A stretch of 64,000 nucleotides of DNA, taken from positions 32,324-96,323 of the IMG/VR virus record IMGVR_UViG_3300039190_000120; one strand, written 5' to 3'. The DNA comes from a virus. The position numbers were made by a program, and so were the translations under genes. The stretch's first letter is position 1, and each line of letters begins with the position of its first letter. The notes below the pieces were generated by a model. That model made no database searches. It was not told the DNA's origin and worked only from the letters and a program-made list of their open reading frames with translations. Below, in pieces: positions 57,427-64,000 of this stretch.

Positions 57427-57975
57427 CTAGAGGGACTCGAAGAGCGCCTTATTGTAGTCACCAAAGCTACCGTCAACCAGCTCTTGAGGTGTGACCCACT
57501 TGACGACGCCCTCTTCCTCGCTCCCTAGCTCGCCTTCGTAGGTGGTGACGAGGTAGGTGATGCAGTCAAAGCCCGTGTTGGGAGCTGAGAAGACCGCAAC
57601 AAAGCCGGAACCTGTGAGGCCCGTCTCTTCTTTCAGCTCCCGCTTGGCAGCTTGGATCGGAGACTCTCCGGGCAGTCCGAAGTCAGTAGGGTCGTCCTTA
57701 CGTGAGACACCCAACACCTTGTAATTCCTGTCCCGGATAAAGATGGTGACAGCGAGGTCCTTGTCTTCGCTCTCGATCTTACCCTCTTCACGCAAAATAT
57801 CCAACCCCTGAAGGTAAGCGAGGGTGAACATACCGTCCTCTCTCTCAGGGAAGTGAGAGCGGAACATCTCGTAGTCCTCCTGAGAGGGGTAGAGGTACGA
57901 GTCCTCTCGGTACAGGTAGTTGGTATGCGCCGTATCCACCCCAAACTGAAGGATTGCGTTTCTCTTTACGCCCAT
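57427..57975 (-). CDS. NUDIX hydrolase with shortened Nudix box
   Basis: ESPIQAAKRELKEETGL; the GX5 segment before the first Glu appears deleted (FGLPG-ESP). Confidence 0.8.
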   Translation of the reverse strand: MGVKRNAILQFGVDTAHTNYLYREDSYLYPSQEDYEMFRSHFPEREDGMFTLAYLQGLDILREEGKIESEDKDLAVTIFIRDRNYKVLGVSRKDDPTDFGLPGESPIQAAKRELKEETGLTGSGFVAVFSAPNTGFDCITYLVTTYEGELGSEEEGVVKWVTPQELVDGSFGDYNKALFESL

Positions 57976-58224
57976 TTCGTATCCAGCTCTTCTTGAGTAG
58001 CTTCGAGCAGCTCCAGATAGACCATACCCGCACCTTCCGTCTCCGGGTCGTCCAGATAGGCCTCGAATTCACGCTTCGCCTGAGAGTAAGCCTGTTGGCC
58101 CACAAATGAGGGGCCACGATACCACTTGACCCACTCCGTTTGGAGCGTGCGCTCTTCTGAGGCTAGGCTCCGGGGTGACGCCTTTTGACCTTGAAGATAC
58201 CACTACTTTGGATGATGGTAGGCA

Positions 58225-58446
58225 TTACCCTTCCTCCAACAGCTTTTTGGCTTTGTTGATAGCTCGGGTACCGGACTCCTCGGACTTCCAGAAGTCACAG
58301 ACCCAGACCGACCAGTCATACCCAGCCGGATTCTTGTGCACCGAATGCAGATTCTCCCGCTGGTCCGTCTTGGTTGGCTTGTCTCGACGTGAGACGATGA
58401 AGGTATCGCCAGCTTCGTTGGTGTCCCGGAAAATTTCAGTAGCCAT
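58225..58446 (-). CDS. Hypothetical protein
   Basis: GAGGAGA RBS. Confidence 0.6.
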   Translation of the reverse strand: MATEIFRDTNEAGDTFIVSRRDKPTKTDQRENLHSVHKNPAGYDWSVWVCDFWKSEESGTRAINKAKKLLEEG

Positions 58447-58506
58447 ATCCGGGTCTCTCCTCAGTAGGGGTGTATATACCTTAGTACGTAGTGGACCGTC
58501 AAGGGA

Positions 58507-58725
58507 TTAAGCACCGATGTGGTGGTAGTAGCCCTTGGACTCGATCCTGACCAGTCCGTCTCCCAGCAGCTTGACGCTATCCACGCCAGCCTCGTCTTCC
58601 TCCACCACGACCCGCACAGGGCCTTTCCAGTGGTTGTCACGGCTGTACCGTCCGTTCTCGCCCTTGAAGGCACACCTCTTGAACAGGGCGGTGTTACGTT
58701 CTTGCTTTTCATCACGGTAGGTCAT
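58507..58725 (-). CDS. Hypothetical early protein
   Basis: GAGGAGAG RBS; ends SKGYYHHIGA. Confidence 0.65.
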   Translation of the reverse strand: MTYRDEKQERNTALFKRCAFKGENGRYSRDNHWKGPVRVVVEEDEAGVDSVKLLGDGLVRIESKGYYHHIGA

Positions 58726-58777
58726 CGTGTCTCTCCTCAGTAGGGGTTGGGGACTCCGTAGCCCCCGGACTCACTAG

Positions 58778-58806
58778 CTTATACCACAGCGACAAAGGTG
58801 AGTCAA
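58778..58806 (-). promoter_or_regulatory. Early sigma70-like promoter
   Basis: TTGACT-17-TATAAG. Confidence 0.75.
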
Positions 58807-58913
58807 AAGAATATCCCGTGAATTCCTGTCTCAAGGGGCGGTGATCTGTGAAAAGCGATAAAAGCCCCTGAATTTTCGTATCTCAGGGGCACCTACCGTG
58901 AATTTCTGTATCC

Positions 58914-59075
58914 TCAGGAGTTCAGTGCTTTCTTAGCGACGGAGCGAGCCAGCTTGCGGCTGGGACACCCCTCTTCTTCGCAGATCCAGTCCACGATCTC
59001 TTTGCGGGACTTGCCCTCTTTGTGCATATGAATGAAGTAGTTGATGGTTCCAATGTCACGGCGTTTCTTAGCCAT
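58914..59075 (-). CDS. Small basic protein (53 aa)
   Basis: MAKKRRDIGTINYFIHMHKEGKSRKEIVDWICEEEG...; GAGAGG RBS. Confidence 0.6.
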   Translation of the reverse strand: MAKKRRDIGTINYFIHMHKEGKSRKEIVDWICEEEGCPSRKLARSVAKKALNS

Positions 59076-59165
59076 TCTAAGCCTCTCTATCTAATGGTAG
59101 GTGTTAGTACGAGAAGAGGCCCACCGGATCTCTCCAGCGGGCCTCTCGTGGCCTCAGGGGGCCAA

Positions 59166-59609
59166 TTACAGGACCGATTCCGGGCCGTTGGTGAACACGT
59201 CGGCGCTAACCGGGTTGAGACGCTCACCATTGCCGAAGCGACGCTTGCGTTCCGCCTTGCTCAGGGGACGGCAGGTGCGGCAGTAGCTCTGCACGTAGGT
59301 CTTGCGACCGGCCTTGACCTTGCAGTTGCGGAAACCGAAGGCCTCTTTGATGGCCTCGACACCCTCGACTTCGTGACCGCAGGACGGGCACTCGTGGTCG
59401 ACCTTGGTCCAAGGCTTGCGGCGGCCCACCATTCCACGGTGGCCTCCCCGGCTGATCTCCGGGAACTTGCGCTCCAGCTCGTCATAGAGACGGCTGCTGT
59501 CCTTCTCGTCAAACTCGGGGTGGGCGTGAACCCAGCATTCGATGAAGCTCTTACGGATGGTGAGGTTGTCATTCTTCGAGTTAGCGTCGGTCGAGATCGA
59601 GTTCGTCAT
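59166..59609 (-). CDS. Zinc-finger early protein (CPSC...FGFR...QSYCRTC)
   Basis: GGAGA RBS; paralog of 62009-62376. Confidence 0.75.
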   Translation of the reverse strand: MTNSISTDANSKNDNLTIRKSFIECWVHAHPEFDEKDSSRLYDELERKFPEISRGGHRGMVGRRKPWTKVDHECPSCGHEVEGVEAIKEAFGFRNCKVKAGRKTYVQSYCRTCRPLSKAERKRRFGNGERLNPVSADVFTNGPESVL

Positions 59610-59677
59610 GGTCAGTCTCCTAAGTAGTGATCGTAGTGAGTATCGTATGTGGGGAGTATCTCTCCCTCTTGCACTAA

Positions 59678-59706
59678 CCTATACCCTAGTGGGCCAAGGG
59701 CGTAAA
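59678..59706 (-). promoter_or_regulatory. Early promoter
   Basis: TTTACG-17-TATAGG within ACTAGGGTATAGGTTAGTG. Confidence 0.75.
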
Positions 59707-59738
59707 AACTTTTCTCGAAAAAACCTCAGATAAGTTGC

Positions 59739-59774
59739 AAATCGCCCTCTGACCGGCTCCAGAGGGCGATTTTT
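59739..59774. terminator. Terminator hairpin
   Basis: AAATCGCCCTCTG/CAGAGGGCGATTT perfect inverted repeat. Confidence 0.75.
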
Positions 59775-59777
59775 ATT

Positions 59778-60480
59778 TCAGAGCATGGCCGCACAGAGAG
59801 CATGGCCGCACAGAGAGCATGGCCGCACAGAGAGCATGGCCGCACAGTTGGATTCCAGCCATTCCTCTGACAGATATTCTTTGAGATCCGGCATAGCAAC
59901 GGTCGGTGTGGACCGCCCCTTGAGTTCACCATGAGGGACACGACGGCTCACCTTGCTGGTACCCATCGGCATCTCGCAGCGGAACAAGCGGACCCCAATC
60001 ATATCCTCACGATCCTTCTCAACCGCTTTGTGTGCGGCTTCCTCGCTACGGTGGCGGCCTACGACACGGTAGATGTTCCTCGCATCCCCGTACAGGTTAA
60101 GGCAGGGTCTTACGGGTCCGCTCAGCCTCTTCCTCAGGGATAAGGTGGACCCGGAGGTAGCGAGTCTTCTTCGGTGCGTAGGAGCGTACGTAGACCAGAC
60201 CGTCACGCTGGAGGTAGACATACCCATCGGCACCGTACATCTTACCGGTACCACCGAAGCCGTCTGACTCTACGGGCTTGGCGTAGATAACCTCACCACT
60301 TGAGCGCCACGACCAGTTGGTACGCTTAGCGCCTTCCTCGTCCTTGTCACAGGCCCGGCCAAAGACCATGTAGCTGTAGTCGGAGGTTTTATCGGGGTTG
60401 TACCCGAACTCTTCCATCTCCTCGACGGGTATCGTCACAGCGGTCTTGTGTCCGTCATATCGTAGTTTTCCCCAAGTCAT
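59778..60480 (-). pseudogene. Hypothetical gene with probable frameshift near 60105
   Basis: MTWGKLRY...RTRKT continues as CLNLYGDARNIYRVVGRHRSEEAA in the adjacent frame. Confidence 0.5.
59781..59847. repeat. 17-bp tandem repeat x4
   Basis: GAGCATGGCCGCACAGA, no spacers. Confidence 0.95.
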
Positions 60481-60526
60481 GATGCGTCTCCTAGTCGTAG
60501 AGTAAATTAGAGTGCGTTAGTCTGCG

Positions 60527-60838
60527 TTAGAGGCTCAGGTAGAGTCCCGTGTGCTTCTCGAAGAAGGTCACGAGCTGGTCAGCGTAGACGTTGGTTTCCT
60601 CTTCGACCACCTTGATGTTGACGCCGTGCGCCTTGACGAACTCCAGATCGTAGAGGTCCATCCCGTTAAGGCGGATACGCACGTAGTTGACCTTACGGCT
60701 ACCCTTGAACTTGAACGTGACGCCCCCGCCTTCGAGAAGCAGGAAGTCCTTAGCGCCCACGAAGGTTTTGAGTCGGCGCTGTCCACCAAGCTGCTGGAGG
60801 ATGGTCTGGGCTACTTGCTTATCAGTCGTGGTGCTCAT
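60527..60838 (-). CDS. Phage early hypothetical protein
   Basis: AQTILQQLGG...GAKDF...NYVRIRL..DLYDLEF...FEKHTGLYLSL; GGAGA RBS. Confidence 0.75.
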   Translation of the reverse strand: MSTTTDKQVAQTILQQLGGQRRLKTFVGAKDFLLLEGGGVTFKFKGSRKVNYVRIRLNGMDLYDLEFVKAHGVNIKVVEEETNVYADQLVTFFEKHTGLYLSL

Positions 60839-60889
60839 GGGTGTCTCCATCTCGTTATCGGGGAGCCTCACTGGCCCCTCTTGCACTAA

Positions 60890-60918
60890 CCTATACCCTA
60901 GTGACGGGTGTTCGTCAA
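60890..60918 (-). promoter_or_regulatory. Early promoter
   Basis: TTGACG-17-TATAGG. Confidence 0.8.
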
Positions 60919-61155
60919 AAGAAACTCAGTAGAGTTCCCCGGTCGCCTCTTCAATCAGGGTGTAGATCTTCTTGGTAGCCACCTTGAGGGGGATACCCGC
61001 CTCCAGCATCGTATTCATCTGCCTTGTCACAGACAGAGGGCGAACAGTTCAGGTCCTCATAGATCGAGTCGAGAAATTTCTTCATGGTCATCATCTCCAT
61101 ACGGGGTAGCTTAGCTACGGGAGCCCCCGTCTAGGGACTCCCTGATAGCGGGGTC

Positions 61156-61470
61156 TCACTGATAGCGGAGCTTCTCTTCCACATCGGAGAGCGTCCACTC
61201 GTCCCGTTTGAGGGCGGCGGGACGGATGCCCACCTTCTCTTTGTAGCAGTCGGAGTACGACTGGAGAGCCATCTCGAACTCGTAGTGGTAGACGTTACGG
61301 AAGTCCGAAGCGATCCACTCCGACACGAGGAAGTAGCAGGTGTAACCCTCTTCTTCCGCCTGCTTCTTGTACTCAGCGTTCTGTTGCTGAATGTGCGAGA
61401 GCACGTCGGTATCTTCGAGCATCTCGACTTCTTCGGCGGTCAGGTTTTCAATCGCGGTCGTGGTGCTCAT
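61156..61470 (-). CDS. Phage early hypothetical protein
   Basis: YSDCYKEKVGIRP motif; GGAGA RBS. Confidence 0.7.
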   Translation of the reverse strand: MSTTTAIENLTAEEVEMLEDTDVLSHIQQQNAEYKKQAEEEGYTCYFLVSEWIASDFRNVYHYEFEMALQSYSDCYKEKVGIRPAALKRDEWTLSDVEEKLRYQ

Positions 61471-61520
61471 GATCTGTCTCCTGTCTCTAGGAAGGGGAGC
61501 CAACCTCCCCTCTACACTAA

Positions 61521-61549
61521 CCAATACCCTAGTAGAGAGGAGGCGTCAA
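61521..61549 (-). promoter_or_regulatory. Early promoter
   Basis: TTGACG-17-TATTGG. Confidence 0.75.
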
Positions 61550-61564
61550 AAACTATTTGAGAAA

Positions 61565-61909
61565 TTAGCAGAGGGTACGGATGGTACGGACGTTGTGTGT
61601 GGAGAAGTCGAGTTCCCCACTGCTGGGAACGAACCACGCCTCTTCCACGAGGTTGGCGTTGATTTCGTAGTCTTCCTCTTCGACCACCTTGAACTTGAAG
61701 GTGAGGGGCATCGTAGCAGAGCCGCTAAGGTGAGCCCGGCCAACCTCCTCAGTGAAGTTGGTCTCGATACCCTCAGGCTCGGTACCGTACGCCTTGAGAC
61801 TCTCACGCTTGGAAAAGCGGAAGGGCGCTCGACAAGACAAGGCAAGCTCGTCCTTATCCTCTGCACCCAGCAGGCTAAGCGTCTCTTTAAGGGCTTCGTC
61901 CTTCGTCAT
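61565..61909 (-). CDS. Hypothetical early protein
   Basis: GAGAGG RBS. Confidence 0.65.
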   Translation of the reverse strand: MTKDEALKETLSLLGAEDKDELALSCRAPFRFSKRESLKAYGTEPEGIETNFTEEVGRAHLSGSATMPLTFKFKVVEEEDYEINANLVEEAWFVPSSGELDFSTHNVRTIRTLC

Positions 61910-61940
61910 AGCGTCCTCTCTCGTGTCTCTAGCTCACTAA

Positions 61941-61969
61941 CCTATACCCTAAGTCTTGTGGAGCGTCAA
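61941..61969 (-). promoter_or_regulatory. Early promoter
   Basis: TTGACG-17-TATAGG; overlaps upstream terminator AGCCCCTG/CAGGGGCT. Confidence 0.8.
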
Positions 61970-62008
61970 AAAGCCCCTGCGGCCTTCTTACGGGCTCACA
62001 GGGGCTTT

Positions 62009-62376
62009 CTACTTAGCGCATCTGCGGCGCTTACGGGCCGGGACCGTTCCAGCTTCCGGTCCGTTCGTCCACGCCTCTTCCACGTTCACCGGGTTGATGC
62101 GGACGTTGCCGTTCTTGCTCTTACGCTTGGCAGCGCGGCACTCACGGCACCAGCTCTGCGTATACACCTTGCCGTTCTGGCGACGGAGGCCGAAGCCTTC
62201 CTTGATCGCTTCCACACCCTCTACGGTGTGTCCGCAGCACGGGTGATCTCCGGGTACTTGCGCTCCAGACGATCGTACAGAGCCGATGCGTCCTTACGGG
62301 AGAAGTTCGGGTGGTTGTGGGTCCAGCACTGGATGAAGTCTTTGCGAAGCTGCACGGTGTCTTCTTTCTTAGCCAT
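62009..62376 (-). pseudogene. Zinc-finger paralog with internal deletion and frameshift
   Basis: MAKKEDTVQLRKDFIQCW...YPEIT joined out of frame to PCCGHTVEGVEAIKEGFG; linker present in 59166-59609 is missing. Confidence 0.75.
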
Positions 62377-62438
62377 GATCGTATCTCCTGATCTCGTGTT
62401 CGTAGTAGTTGGTGGAGGCTTGGCCCCCTCGACACTAA

Positions 62439-62467
62439 CCTATACCCTAACCTTGGGAACCCGTCAA
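62439..62467 (-). promoter_or_regulatory. Early promoter
   Basis: TTGACG-17-TATAGG. Confidence 0.8.
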
Positions 62468-62540
62468 AACTTTCTTCAAAAAGATTTCGACACGCTACGT
62501 TAGGGTACCGTAGCGTAGCGTAGGACCCGACTAACAAAAG

Positions 62541-62795
62541 CTAAAGATCGCGTAGCGCAGTTCCGGCGCATCGTTTCATTTGAAGACTGTCGAGCTCTTC
62601 CTTCTCAGAGTCCGTCATTTCGACGGAATCACCAGCGACATAGGCGCACTCACGGCGGTCAGAGTACGCACCGCCTGTCATCACCAGTTGAACACTTGTA
62701 CGCAACTGGTGATGATGCCTGCAAGCCCCACGTACCTTGCCTTGCCTTGCCTTGCCTTGCCTTGCCTTGCCAACTGCTTTGTAATAGCGTTTCAT
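62541..62795 (-). CDS. Early hypothetical protein with in-frame (GGCAA)7 expansion
   Basis: MKRYYKAV-GKARQGKARQ-GKVRGACRHHH; GGAGA RBS. Confidence 0.6.
   Translation of the reverse strand: MKRYYKAVGKARQGKARQGKVRGACRHHHQLRTSVQLVMTGGAYSDRRECAYVAGDSVEMTDSEKEELDSLQMKRCAGTALRDL
62736..62770. repeat. Pentanucleotide repeat (CTTGC)7
   Basis: Seven perfect units. Confidence 0.95.
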
Positions 62796-62853
62796 ATCAT
62801 TCTCCGTCGTAAATCGTTAAGTTAAGGGGATCCAATGTCCCCATCTTCACTAA

Positions 62854-62882
62854 CCTATACCCTAGTGATCTCCTCCTGTCAA
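62854..62882 (-). promoter_or_regulatory. Early promoter
   Basis: TTGACA-17-TATAGG with AT-rich upstream AAATAATT. Confidence 0.85.
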
Positions 62883-62902
62883 AATTATTTAGTCCAAAGG
62901 GG

Positions 62903-63109
62903 CTATTTCTTTCGACCTTCTTCGAAGTACCAATCGGTATGGAGCTTGTTCAACTCCGACGATTTCTTTTTGCACGCATCCTCATCAGAGAGTAGGTAGC
63001 AGTATCCTGTATCAGCACCAAACACCCCGTAATCGCTGTACCTCTCGTCAAACTCCACATAGAAACCTACCTTGCGATCCTTTTCCAGTGCTTCAGTCAT
63101 GGTCTTCAT
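62903..63109 (-). CDS. Hypothetical early protein
   Basis: GGAGG RBS; YGVFGADTGYCY motif. Confidence 0.65.
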   Translation of the reverse strand: MKTMTEALEKDRKVGFYVEFDERYSDYGVFGADTGYCYLLSDEDACKKKSSELNKLHTDWYFEEGRKK

Positions 63110-63160
63110 TGCTGCCTCCTCGCTGTGTCCGGGAAAGCCAACCCTTCCCGTCTTCACTAC

Positions 63161-63189
63161 CTTATACCCTAGTTATCTCCGCCTGTCAA
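63161..63189 (-). promoter_or_regulatory. Early promoter
   Basis: TTGACA-17-TATAAG; near-copy of 62854-62882. Confidence 0.85.
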
Positions 63190-63195
63190 AATTAT

Positions 63196-63429
63196 TTAGT
63201 CACTCTCACCAATGCGGGCTAGCATGTTCCCGTCTATCACCACTGACGACAGTACCTCCGCTTGGTCCGACCATGATGCGGTACTAGGGTCTACCAGCAC
63301 CAACTGTACCTCTACGTGGCCCTCAGTGCCGTTCATGCCCCAAGAGTCCCCCTCTTCCACCCTCAACTGTAGGCGCTCACGTATGACCTCTAGTACACGT
63401 GCCTCTATGTCTTGCGATGCATCAGCCAT
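63196..63429 (-). CDS. Hypothetical protein
   Basis: GGAGA RBS. Confidence 0.6.
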   Translation of the reverse strand: MADASQDIEARVLEVIRERLQLRVEEGDSWGMNGTEGHVEVQLVLVDPSTASWSDQAEVLSSVVIDGNMLARIGESD

Positions 63430-63468
63430 TGCTTGTCTCCTAGACGTTTGTGCGCCGTCCCTTTGCCT

Positions 63469-63832
63469 TCAATTGTCTTCGAAGCGCACCAGACCTTTCC
63501 TAGCCAGATCCCTGTAGATTTTCCCCACAAGGGAGGCAGTCGACCCTACACGGTCTCCCAACTCTTGGCAGGTCTGTCCCGTGTTCTTTTGCAGGGCACG
63601 CAGCTGTTTGTCTGTCAGGTCCGGGTCCAGTTCATCTTGCATCTCACGCAGCTGCCTCCAGACGTTCAGCCATGTCCCCAAGCTGGTCAGCTTCCGGTGG
63701 ATACATGGAGGCCAACATCCCTCCTACCTCTTCATCCAAGGAACCGTACATGCCGTTGGCAGTCTTGAGCACATCACGCAAGCGGTCGTCGATCTTGTTG
63801 TGGTCGTCCGGGTCAATCGTAGAGAAACTCAT
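63469..63832 (-). pseudogene. Winged-HTH protein, frameshifted near 63650
   Basis: MSFSTID...ERLEAA continues as REMQDEL...LTDKQLRAL..TCQELGDRVG...LARKGLV in another frame. Confidence 0.55.
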
Positions 63833-63891
63833 GGTCCTAGTCTCCGTAGCTATGCTATGGGGGCAGGGGGTAGGCCCTCACCCCTAGTAGA

Positions 63892-64000
63892 TTAGTTTTT
63901 CGGCGCACGACATTTCTTGCACATGGTCTGCACGAACTCCGTGCCGTTGAGCTTGCGGGTGCCGAACACATGTCTCCGGGCGCTTGGCCCATTTACCACA
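63892..64000 (-). CDS. C-terminus of a third zinc-finger family member (partial)
   Basis: ...HVFGTRKLNGTEFVQTMCKKCRAPKN*. Confidence 0.6.
   Translation of the reverse strand, partial: VVNGPSARRHVFGTRKLNGTEFVQTMCKKCRAPKN

Noticed and set aside
59781-59847. 17-bp repeat x4 as a CRISPR array
   Set aside because: Units are directly adjacent with no spacers; no cas genes.
61391-62503. 370-aa plus-strand ORF
   Set aside because: Antisense shadow over minus-strand genes that have clear promoters and RBSs; composition not protein-like.
8617-63858. Isolated two-copy 5-mers in intergenic DNA (e.g. 8617, 15125, 62816, 63849)
   Set aside because: Dozens of two-copy 5-mers are expected by chance in 64 kb; only those of three or more units or that explain a frameshift were counted.
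1-64000. Stop-codon reassignment to explain fragmented ORFs
   Set aside because: Core genes are intact in the standard code and end in TAA, TAG or TGA; the breaks are mostly frame changes, not in-frame stops.
1-64000. tRNA, tmRNA or rRNA genes
   Set aside because: No cloverleaf or T-loop signature recognised by eye in intergenic regions; tRNAscan-SE or ARAGORN would be needed to exclude them.

Overview
A 64-kb segment of a large contractile-tailed dsDNA phage (jumbo-type gene content), almost entirely encoded on the minus strand, standard genetic code. 1-15.7 kb is a virion/tail module: baseplate-hub-like gene (partial), two tail-tube-initiator-like paralogs, tape measure, putative tail chaperones, an intein-containing virion-like protein and tail tube, interrupted by five tandem 'MPLLH' paralogs. 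16-40 kb is a nucleotide/DNA-metabolism and host-interaction region: RlpA-like, metallophosphoesterase, dTMP kinase-like, tdk, type IIA topoisomerase A subunit, folA, thyA, GIY-YIG and LAGLIDADG homing endonucleases, Tpt1-like, EF-Tu-domain-3-like, LexA-DBD-like and three methyltransferase-derived ORFs lacking catalytic motifs. 40-64 kb is an accessory/early region with many sigma70-like promoters (about 20 in the window, almost all with 17-bp spacers). The most striking unexplained signal is a family of roughly 28 ORFs sharing only a short N-terminal M-I-x-N-(Y/W/H/L/F) motif, with synonymous codon variation showing it is conserved as peptide. Several of these and neighbouring genes are disrupted by pentanucleotide repeat expansions drawn from a shared GG(C/T)NN vocabulary. 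Family assignments are from motif recognition by eye, not database searches. No tRNA, rRNA, CRISPR array or reverse transcriptase was recognised.
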